A stretch of DNA of 64,000 bases, from IMG/VR virus record IMGVR_UViG_3300025732_000016, one strand, 5' to 3'. Source of the DNA: a virus. Lineage: Duplodnaviria; Caudoviricetes. Below are positions 52,653-60,530 of the stretch, piece after piece. The stretch's first letter is position 1; the number at the start of each line of letters is the position of its first letter. The translations under genes and the position numbers were made by a program. Under the pieces are notes generated by a model that ran no database searches, was not told the DNA's origin, and was given only the letters and a program-made list of their open reading frames with translations.

Positions 52653-53450
52653 CTAGGGAGTAGCAGCGTAGTGTTCAACGAGATCGTTGATTCTCTCCAA
52701 TGACTTGTTGAAGTAGTAGGTGTCCTTCTCGCTGCCGACGAAGCGCCTTTCATTCTTCAGAGCCGCAATCGCGGTGGAGCCAGAACCAGAGAATGGGTCG
52801 AGGATCACGTCTCCAGGTTGGGTGTGAGCCAGGACCATCCTCTCCAGGAGAGCCACAGGCTTCTGGGTCGGGTGCCAGCCACAGTACTCTCGACTCGTGG
52901 TGTGGTTGTTCTGCTGCCAGACGTCTGTGGGCACCTTTCCGCGAGCGAAGTCCTCACCTGTGCGAAAGTTCTTCGTCACCTTTCGGGGCACCTCCACGTT
53001 CTCGGGGTACCATCGAACATCGGGACCCTTCGAGTACATGAGACAGTCCTCATGCTTACGGGGCCATGTCTTCTTGGTGCGCCCGCCCCAGTCGTAGGAC
53101 CAGATGAGCCAGTTACGGTACTCGAGCTTCGCTTGGTGGTTCATGACCCCAAGCTTGAAGCGCAGGAAAGTGTCGGTCTTGGTCGTCCCCCAAACATAGA
53201 GGGCACCGCCGGGCTTCAGGACGACCGAGCACTGTCGGACCCAGGCGTCGCACCACGAGAGGTACTCGGTCTCGTCCTTCCACTGGTGATCCCAGTCGTC
53301 CCCCACGATCTCGAAGTAGGGCGGGTCCGCGATGATCACGTCCACGCTCTCCTCGGGAAGGGAGGCGAGGAGCTCCATGCAGTCGACATTCCGGAGGTCC
53401 AGGTTTGGGGAAGGTTTAGGATTAGAATCTGGGTTATTCACGGGGATCAC
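52653..53450 (-). CDS. DNA N6-adenine/N4-cytosine methyltransferase (beta class)
   Basis: DPPY, HPTQKP and DPFSGSGST. Confidence 0.9.
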   Translation of the reverse strand: MIPVNNPDSNPKPSPNLDLRNVDCMELLASLPEESVDVIIADPPYFEIVGDDWDHQWKDETEYLSWCDAWVRQCSVVLKPGGALYVWGTTKTDTFLRFKLGVMNHQAKLEYRNWLIWSYDWGGRTKKTWPRKHEDCLMYSKGPDVRWYPENVEVPRKVTKNFRTGEDFARGKVPTDVWQQNNHTTSREYCGWHPTQKPVALLERMVLAHTQPGDVILDPFSGSGSTAIAALKNERRFVGSEKDTYYFNKSLERINDLVEHYAATP

Positions 53451-53454
53451 CAGT

Positions 53455-53532
53455 TGATTTCTGAGTTACTCGAGGTTTTGGGATAAGGATATACCTTACC
53501 ATCAAGGAGGGTTCACCAGAGAGTCACTGGTG
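53455..53532 (-). repeat. Copy B of the duplicated element; promoter for the methyltransferase
   Basis: GTGAAC-N17-TATATC; homologous to 26040-26118. Confidence 0.7.
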
Positions 53533-54023
53533 TCATCCCTCGGAAGCTCAGCCAGCTGTTCCAGGATCTCGTAGAGCTTGCCCGGATGGAGGTCCGGGAA
53601 CTCGTAGATGCCGAGCTTCTTCCACTTCACGATGCCGGCGTGGCTGAGGGCGTGGGCGATCCAGGAGGAGCAGTACCACTTGCCCTTGCCCTTGATGATG
53701 AAGGGCAGGACCTGGGAGAGGAGCATGCCGGGCCAGTCGTAGCCGTCACCGGTGGTCTCCGAGATGAAGTCCTTCAGGGCGCGGAGCTCTTCCGGGGTGA
53801 TGCGGAACTCGAGGTAGTCCCAGTCGCCCGGCGGCACTTGGGTTCGGACCCTTGCTGCGACACGAGTGAAGAGGAAGGGTGAGATGGAGACCCAGGTGTC
53901 GCCCTCGATGACGATCTCTGCGTGGGAGTACGGGCTCTTAGTCCACCAGCGGATGAAGCGGTGGTGCCATTCTTTCTTGTCGCCCTTGAAGAAGGCGATC
54001 CGGATGTGCTCAGTCCTGCGCAT
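53502..54023 (-). CDS. Permuted papain-like (NlpC/P60, YiiX-like) amidase/peptidase
   Basis: SPYSHAEI precedes GYD and KWYCSS (His before Cys). Confidence 0.75.
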   Translation of the reverse strand: MRRTEHIRIAFFKGDKKEWHHRFIRWWTKSPYSHAEIVIEGDTWVSISPFLFTRVAARVRTQVPPGDWDYLEFRITPEELRALKDFISETTGDGYDWPGMLLSQVLPFIIKGKGKWYCSSWIAHALSHAGIVKWKKLGIYEFPDLHPGKLYEILEQLAELPRDDTSDSLVNPP

Positions 54024-54216
54024 CGAGTCTCTCCAGGTTGTGGACAGCCTCCAGGCGGAACTGACCGTCCAACAGTATCACGACCCAATCTCTCTTTGAG
54101 CCGAACTCCTTCGACTCATGGGTCACAATCGCGCACTTTCCGATGTCTTCATCTACGAACTGGGGCAACGGGATTCTCTTCACAAGTCTAACGAGGTCGC
54201 CCTTCTTCATGTTCAA
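54010..54216 (-). CDS. Hypothetical SH3-like protein
   Basis: MKKGDLVRLV. Confidence 0.55.
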   Translation of the reverse strand: MNMKKGDLVRLVKRIPLPQFVDEDIGKCAIVTHESKEFGSKRDWVVILLDGQFRLEAVHNLERLDAQD

Positions 54217-54286
54217 TGATAATTTATGACGCTGTCTTTACAACAGCGGTATAGCCTTGAGCATAAACTCTGAACAATCTCGACCA

Positions 54287-54454
54287 CTAGAAGCCTCTCG
54301 TTGTTGGATGGTAGAATACTTTGCCCGTGACGTTGGTCGTCTTGGTGATCGTCGCGGTCGAGTAGTTGAACGTCAGGACGAAGTATTGGAATGTCTGGTT
54401 TGACACGTTTCGGGGTGCAAGAGAGCCAGCAAATGATGAAGTTCGTGAGAACAT
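54287..54454 (-). CDS. 55-aa protein sharing the SSFxG N-terminal motif (not in ORF track)
   Basis: MFSRTSSFAGSLAPRNVSNQTFQYFVLTFNYSTATITKTTNVTGKVFYHPTTRGF; starts 1 nt after the upstream stop. Confidence 0.6.
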   Translation of the reverse strand: MFSRTSSFAGSLAPRNVSNQTFQYFVLTFNYSTATITKTTNVTGKVFYHPTTRGF

Positions 54455-54455
54455 C

Positions 54456-55190
54456 CTAGACTCCGTATCTCGATCTTTGCGCGTTGAAGTTCTGTGTGAC
54501 TTCTGCGGTGGACAGTCCCCTGTCGTAGATTCTCACGACAGGTATCGCACCGTGTGTGAAGTTTGTGCTGACATTGTCGACATCATCCCAGCGTCGGGCT
54601 ATTCTGATTGCGCCACCCGACTGCGGAGTCCCCGAATAGCTCAGCGTGTAGGTCGTTACGACATTGACATAGAGAGTCACAGTGCTGCCATCGTAGGTGC
54701 CTGCGTAGTGAACCCAGTTTCCGAGAACGGGTGTGTGCCCAGTTGCCACGTTCCTCCACGCACCATCGAAGAATCCGGCACGTACTGTCGATGACAGAGG
54801 TGCAGCAGCTCCCAACGCAAAGTTCACTTTGCTGACGCCATCGTATAGATTCGTGATGACTGCGTTGGTGCCTGCTGCAGGATTTCCGTCCCAGCGCATC
54901 CAAGCCTCTATCGTGAAAGTGTTGAGATCACCCAAGTTCGTTGCTGTATCGGCGTACTGATAGCTGCCAGAGTTGAATGTGAGGATGCCGCCATTAGCGC
55001 TTGAGTATGTCGGAGAATTTCTGAGTGTGAAGTTGACCCCCTGACCCGAGATGTCAGTCCAAGTCGTTCCCGTCCCTGGGTAGCTTCTTGAGTCTCCCGC
55101 ATCAAGGTGAACGCGAAGCCCTCTTGTGACAACATACCTCGCCGGTGTGCTTGATATTGGGCCTGAGAACGATGACATCTTTCCAAACAT
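54456..55190 (-). CDS. LamG/concanavalin-like lectin-domain protein
   Basis: GLRVHLDAG..SYPGTGTTWTDISG, FTIEAWMR, WVHYAGTYDG and RIYDRGLS. Confidence 0.85.
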   Translation of the reverse strand: MFGKMSSFSGPISSTPARYVVTRGLRVHLDAGDSRSYPGTGTTWTDISGQGVNFTLRNSPTYSSANGGILTFNSGSYQYADTATNLGDLNTFTIEAWMRWDGNPAAGTNAVITNLYDGVSKVNFALGAAAPLSSTVRAGFFDGAWRNVATGHTPVLGNWVHYAGTYDGSTVTLYVNVVTTYTLSYSGTPQSGGAIRIARRWDDVDNVSTNFTHGAIPVVRIYDRGLSTAEVTQNFNAQRSRYGV

Positions 55191-55191
55191 G

Positions 55192-55734
55192 TCACACCGT
55201 GAAGTAAAAGAGCTGTGTGAAAGTCTGGCGGCTTGTGGTTATTGAGGCATCGGTTGATTGTGTGTGCAGCGTGGTCCAGTTTGTGCTGTCATCGCTACCC
55301 TCGAAAGTCCACTGGACGGGATCTCTGCCGTCCACGTCGTTTGCTGTGGCGTACCTGAGGGAGTCTGCAATTTTCTTCGTGCTAGCTCCAAAATCGATCA
55401 CAAGCTTCCACGACTTGGTCGCACCGGTGGATCCCCCATTGCCGCTCTGGTCTAGCCACTTGGTAGCGATCAGGCCGTCATTAGCCTTGGTGGGTTCTTC
55501 GCCGACCGGATTGTACCCACCTGGATTCGTGCACGTTGCTCCTGTGATTCCAATCGAAGTTCCAGCATAGAACAGCTCGACCTCAGATACCTGAACCATT
55601 CCGATCGGCCAAGTGGGCAGATCCTGCGTGTAATCTCGAACCTTTGTGACAGAAAATCGATAGTAACGGTAGGCTACTCTCGATTTTGGGTTCGGCGAAA
55701 TCGGACCCGAGAAAGAAGACATTTTACCAAGCAT
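55192..55734 (-). CDS. Discoidin/F5-8-like carbohydrate-binding-domain protein
   Basis: YRYYRF, QVSEVEL, KANDG..TKWLD and DPVQWTFEGSDD..WTTL. Confidence 0.7.
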   Translation of the reverse strand: MLGKMSSFSGPISPNPKSRVAYRYYRFSVTKVRDYTQDLPTWPIGMVQVSEVELFYAGTSIGITGATCTNPGGYNPVGEEPTKANDGLIATKWLDQSGNGGSTGATKSWKLVIDFGASTKKIADSLRYATANDVDGRDPVQWTFEGSDDSTNWTTLHTQSTDASITTSRQTFTQLFYFTV

Positions 55735-55738
55735 CTGA

Positions 55739-58528
55739 TCATCCGTATGTCGTCATCTGCCCAAGAACTTTCCAGGCAGATCCCGACCTGATGAGGCTGA
55801 ATCCAAACGCGTCCTGTTTGTTCGCAGTGCCCGTCGGAACGACGTTGTTCGCCCAATTTATCGTCTGCGCAGCTCCGTCGATCTGCACGGCATTTACGAC
55901 TCTGGGCGTCGCAGATTGTGAGAGGATCACTGTGGGAGTGATTACTCTCAGGTTGGTAGTCGGCGCGTTGGTGAAATTCGCAGTTACGTTACCGGCTGGG
56001 TTGTTGACATAGAAGACCGACTGCGCCAGCAGATCGAACCCGGTTACTCCTGTGCTGCCGACAGAGTTGGAAAGTCTCTCGACCACCCCGCCGAAGGAGG
56101 TTCTACCATTGACCACAAGATCTCCAACTAGAGTGCCTGTTGAGGTGGGTGACCCCAAGAAGACATTCGTCACTGCACCGCCAATGTTGAGGGTCCCGGT
56201 CAGCACAGTATTGAGGAGGTTGAACGTCGTCGTTGTCGTCGTGGTGAGTACAGATCCCGTGATCGTTACGTCTCCCTGGATGTCGACGTTTCCTGTCTCA
56301 GTGACCCTGAACTGGTTCACGTTGTTGAAGTCCCTGACGGCGAAGAAGTGTCCCGCCCCGTTGTTATTCGCGTCGAGCTTGATCGTTGCGTTACCGCTCG
56401 ACACGAGTTGGATGTCGGTGGCGTCGGTGTTTACAGCGACTATTCCCGTGCTGAGGAAGAGGTCATTGCTGATGGTCGTGCTTCCAAGGAACGTCGGGCC
56501 AGCAGATGCGGAACCGATGAGGATGGTTCCATCGTTTCTCACCTCGAACAGATCTCTGAAGCTCGAGGCGTTGGTGGTCACGTTCCTCACCCTAAACATA
56601 CCAGCGCCTGTCGTGCCGCTTGTCTGGAGCTCAATTCTGCTGTTGACAGCTTGCTGCTGCATCAGGAACTGACCAGCAGTATTCGTTACTGCGCCGTTAC
56701 CGTTGTGTAACATTGTAAGCTGCTGCGCAGTGCCAAAGCGGATCTTTCCTGCCGTTCCAATGTCGATGTCCCTTCCGAAAGCTGTAACTGCTCCAACACC
56801 GGTAGCACCTATGTTTAGGGTAGTTGGTGAGCTTAGCAAATTGAAAGTCGTTGCAGTCGTTGTGATGTCGCCTCCTACGACTGCAAGGTCACCAGTTAGA
56901 CTCAAATTTGAGCCAGTGATGTTTCCACCAATCTGTAGGTCGCTGGATCCACTGATGACACCACCCGTGGAGACGCTAGCGACCACGGCACCTGCGCCGC
57001 TCTTGACCTGGAAAGTTCCCGATGAGACAAGCGAGCCAGCAGAAGATCCTGTGACCACAAGATTTGCAACTAGAGCAGTTCCTGTCCCTTTCACAAACCT
57101 GAAGTCGCTGGTTCCGTTGAAGACTGCCGCATCATTAAACTGGACGTAAGTGTCAGAGCCGCCAGGTGTTCCTGTTGCACCGGCACCAGAAGATGCCACA
57201 GCGCGGAATGAACCAGCCTGCACGATCCTGTATGTAGTTGGATCTGTAAAGTCTAGGCCTGTACCCTTGACGATGACGTAGCCTAAGAATATCGCTGCAT
57301 CTCGGGTGTTTTTGCCCTCAGTGAAGACTTCGGTGGCGATGCCTGCCTGGGCATCAGACAGAGTGGAGTAGATCGTGCTACCGTAGTAGACGTAGAATGC
57401 GCGATTAACAGAGTTCGGAAACCAGTAGACGCGCTGGATCGTGTACTTGTTTCCGGTGCCAACCGTCGTCAGGGTGCCGGCATTGTTGTATTGGGCAAAG
57501 TCGAGGACAGAATATCCGACATTTCCGTTGTTGAGGATGACGTCATCGCCTGACGCATTGACGTACTCATAGAATATCTTCGAGGTGGTCTGTGCTGTGT
57601 CTGTTGTGGAGGAGACGTAGTTCGGGCTATCGGGGTCAACGCTGTAGTTTCGACCCTCAGCGTAGGAATCACCTGCATCCTTCTGAAGTCCCTGTGTTCC
57701 GTTCGCAGAAAGCGTGTGACCGCTGAGCTTGATGGGACCGAAAGCACGGACGAAGTCTCCTCGGAACTGGTTGAGACCGTACGAGACCAAGGGCTGGTTC
57801 ACAGCTCCGTTCGTTCCCACCTTGTCGGTGTGGAGGATCCTACCCAGGACGATGTAGTCGTTGTAGTCGCCGTTAGTGAACGGGATCGACTTCAGGAAGG
57901 GAGTTCCTGTGCTGTCCATCGCGATGTAGGTGATCTGCGTCGTGGAGAGGGAAGGAAGGGCTTGACCGGTGAGAGCGGGCCACGAGACTCGGGTTATCGT
58001 AGGATAGGGTTCATTGGCATCAGCCGTGGAGCTACCGTGAGCGTTGTAGGTGACTATGAGTCCGGAACCCGAGTTGATGTTGTAGGTGGTCGACCCAGAG
58101 GTCGAGGAGAGCGTACCACCCGCCAGGAGGCCCGTGCTGAGACCTGATTCCAACCAGCGGAGGCGGGTCGTGTTGGTATAACCCGTGCCCGGCTGGTATT
58201 GGGTGAAGTAGAGGTCGTTGGTGGAGCCGGACGTGTAGATGTAGCTCGCGGTGGTGTTGGTTGGGATCAGGAGGGTGCCGACCGGCTTCATCTGGATGTA
58301 GGAGTCCGTGCCGAAAGCGCCGGAGACGAAGGTATCGCCGCCGAAGACAGCTACGGGTGTGTCTGCCCCAGTCAATGTCTTTGCACCAGAGACAAAGAGT
58401 TTTACTCCTGATCCGATAGAAGACAGAGTCGGAAATCTTGAGCTCGGCTCATCTGCGATGATGAGAGATCCCGATATTGCTGTAGTGGAAGTTCCGTTGC
58501 TACCTGATACTGTGCCTACGAGAGCCAT
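55739..58528 (-). CDS. Tail fibre / long virion structural protein
   Basis: 929 aa, G/T/S-rich; N-terminus MALVGTVSGSN and GVISGSSDLQ modules shared with 1333-3642. Confidence 0.7.
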   Translation of the reverse strand: MALVGTVSGSNGTSTTAISGSLIIADEPSSRFPTLSSIGSGVKLFVSGAKTLTGADTPVAVFGGDTFVSGAFGTDSYIQMKPVGTLLIPTNTTASYIYTSGSTNDLYFTQYQPGTGYTNTTRLRWLESGLSTGLLAGGTLSSTSGSTTYNINSGSGLIVTYNAHGSSTADANEPYPTITRVSWPALTGQALPSLSTTQITYIAMDSTGTPFLKSIPFTNGDYNDYIVLGRILHTDKVGTNGAVNQPLVSYGLNQFRGDFVRAFGPIKLSGHTLSANGTQGLQKDAGDSYAEGRNYSVDPDSPNYVSSTTDTAQTTSKIFYEYVNASGDDVILNNGNVGYSVLDFAQYNNAGTLTTVGTGNKYTIQRVYWFPNSVNRAFYVYYGSTIYSTLSDAQAGIATEVFTEGKNTRDAAIFLGYVIVKGTGLDFTDPTTYRIVQAGSFRAVASSGAGATGTPGGSDTYVQFNDAAVFNGTSDFRFVKGTGTALVANLVVTGSSAGSLVSSGTFQVKSGAGAVVASVSTGGVISGSSDLQIGGNITGSNLSLTGDLAVVGGDITTTATTFNLLSSPTTLNIGATGVGAVTAFGRDIDIGTAGKIRFGTAQQLTMLHNGNGAVTNTAGQFLMQQQAVNSRIELQTSGTTGAGMFRVRNVTTNASSFRDLFEVRNDGTILIGSASAGPTFLGSTTISNDLFLSTGIVAVNTDATDIQLVSSGNATIKLDANNNGAGHFFAVRDFNNVNQFRVTETGNVDIQGDVTITGSVLTTTTTTTFNLLNTVLTGTLNIGGAVTNVFLGSPTSTGTLVGDLVVNGRTSFGGVVERLSNSVGSTGVTGFDLLAQSVFYVNNPAGNVTANFTNAPTTNLRVITPTVILSQSATPRVVNAVQIDGAAQTINWANNVVPTGTANKQDAFGFSLIRSGSAWKVLGQMTTYG

Positions 58529-58782
58529 GCATCTTACCTCGAGTCTAAATATCAGACTCGGGAAGGAAGTGACTCAGCGAGATAGCATTCCTGGCACTGG
58601 TTCACAGGGCGTGAGGATGTGATCGCGGAGGAAGGTTGCTCGCGTCAGGCCCGGGTCGAGGTACCAGCGGTCACCGCTAGAGCAGAGCCACTCCTCCATC
58701 ACTCGCTTCGTCGAGTGCTCGAATTTCCTCACTCGATAGTATACGTTCTCGGTGACGTCGTGAAACCACTGCTCGTTGTCGT

Positions 58783-59391
58783 TCACTTGAACTCCATGGG
58801 GACTTGCTGAAGGTTGAATCGTGGGATTGCCTTGATGGCGGAGCGGGATACCCGGTCCTGGGGATCGACCCACTGGACGCCGCAGACGCGGAAGTAGTCG
58901 GACTCCTCCCGGACGATCACCTTTCGGCCGTCGGGCAGCGTCGGGTGTCCGCCGAGCATCCGTCCACCGCCGGAGACCTTCTTCCACCGGGAGAACATGC
59001 CGGGGACGAAGCCCTCGTAGGGATTGCCGTCGGGACCGACGCCGGAGCCCGTCCGCATCATGAAGAGGGCGCCCCAGTTCTCGGCCGAGGTGATGAAGAG
59101 GTCGAGCTTGAGCCCGTCGTTGAGCATCATGCGGAGGTAGCGGGCGTTCGCCTTCGGAGCCCAGGGAGTGACCTCGGGGCAGCCGGGCTTGATGAAGTAG
59201 CCCCACTTCTCGAGGGCTCGGAATGCAGGCTCCCAGTCCCGGACCTGAACCACGAGCTCGATGTCCTTCACGTTTGCCTTCATCCGCCGGACGGAACCTG
59301 CGACCTCGGCGCGGTGGCAGTGGGGTCGCAGGTCGGCCACAATCAGGTCCGCGAGGGGCTTGGCAATGTTGATGTCCATTTTGGCCTCCAT
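58783..59391 (-). CDS. Minimal DNA polymerase X (Pol-beta NTase core only)
   Basis: EVAGSVRR..VKDIELV, KLDLF, MRTGS and REESDYF..GVQWVDPQDR. Confidence 0.8.
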   Translation of the reverse strand: MEAKMDINIAKPLADLIVADLRPHCHRAEVAGSVRRMKANVKDIELVVQVRDWEPAFRALEKWGYFIKPGCPEVTPWAPKANARYLRMMLNDGLKLDLFITSAENWGALFMMRTGSGVGPDGNPYEGFVPGMFSRWKKVSGGGRMLGGHPTLPDGRKVIVREESDYFRVCGVQWVDPQDRVSRSAIKAIPRFNLQQVPMEFK

Positions 59392-59543
59392 GATCCTTTA
59401 ATTCATTCTGGACCCGGCGGACACATCTTTTTGAAAGTTTTAGAAAAAGAGCACCAGACCCATCCGTGAACCGCGTCTTCCCTGTGGTGAGCTATAGCAC
59501 TTTGGCGGAGCTTGCGGATTGCAGCGATGGGTAGATGCCGCTA

Positions 59544-60530
59544 TTAGTATCTATCAACCTCTTGAGAGCGAGCCAACGCAATCTCGAGGTCATTGGCCAC
59601 CTTCTGGGCGACGTACTTGTCGACGTGTGGACAGGACCTGATCGCATCGATCGCCTGCTGGGCAATGGGCACTATCATCGTGACACTGTAACCCGGCCTC
59701 TCCCGACCCTTCTCGATCATCTCCATCGCCTCGAACGCTAAGACTCGAGCGTCAGAGTCCTCTGGACAGCCCGCTTCCTCGAGATCCATGTCCGCAGTCT
59801 CAAGGGCAGTGATGAACTCTGTCGTCTGGAGCTGCTCGAGGTCCCTCCCGGCGACCATCTCACCGGCTTCGGAAATGGAGCGTCTCCGACGCCGAGACTC
59901 GACTGTCCCCCTCGAATCGAGTATCGTGAGGACGCGACCCGTCGTCATCTTACCCCGAGCCCAGTCCTCGAACACTTTCCTGAAGAGGTACCGCTGCTCG
60001 TCAAGCTCTCTCTTCCAGATGTCCTTTGTCTCGGGTGAGAGGGTCCTCTCAAGCTCGTCAAGCTTCCCGAGGACCTTACTCTTCAGGTTCTCGAAAGCCT
60101 TTCCGATAGGGTGGTTCGGGTCACGAGCGTAGTCAGAGCCAGGGTCCATGCTCGCATGACTCCTCTGCGCCTGCTTGTAGTTCTCCCAGACCATCCGGTA
60201 CTCTGGGAGAGTGTGAAGCATACCGAAGAAAGAGTGATAACGATCGATGATCTTGTCGTCGCCTGTCCTCTCAAGACGCTGCGTTGTCGTGGGACCGAAC
60301 ATATCAGCAAGAACAGTCATCAGGCCTTTAATGGCATTACCCGACATCGTCGCATGGATGAGACCCCACTCCCGAATGAGCTCTCTCCTGATGATTGAGC
60401 GCAGCGCGGCCTCACCGATATCGAGAGTCTTTGGGTAGCCCTTTTCTCCCGGACGAGCCGGACGCTCTCCGCGCTTTCTTTTAGCGCGGATGTTGTGCCA
60501 GAGTCCCTTATTTTTCTTTGCTTCGTTCAT
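59544..60530 (-). CDS. Hypothetical protein with basic N-terminal module and internal tag
   Basis: GLWHNIRAKRKRGERPARPGEKGYP followed by EAALRSIIRRELIRE. Confidence 0.6.
   Translation of the reverse strand: MNEAKKNKGLWHNIRAKRKRGERPARPGEKGYPKTLDIGEAALRSIIRRELIREWGLIHATMSGNAIKGLMTVLADMFGPTTTQRLERTGDDKIIDRYHSFFGMLHTLPEYRMVWENYKQAQRSHASMDPGSDYARDPNHPIGKAFENLKSKVLGKLDELERTLSPETKDIWKRELDEQRYLFRKVFEDWARGKMTTGRVLTILDSRGTVESRRRRRSISEAGEMVAGRDLEQLQTTEFITALETADMDLEEAGCPEDSDARVLAFEAMEMIEKGRERPGYSVTMIVPIAQQAIDAIRSCPHVDKYVAQKVANDLEIALARSQEVDRY

Noticed and set aside
59395-59540. Possible ncRNA or riboswitch upstream of polX
   Set aside because: Only weak, non-unique pairing before a U-rich tract; best explained as a terminator plus promoter region.
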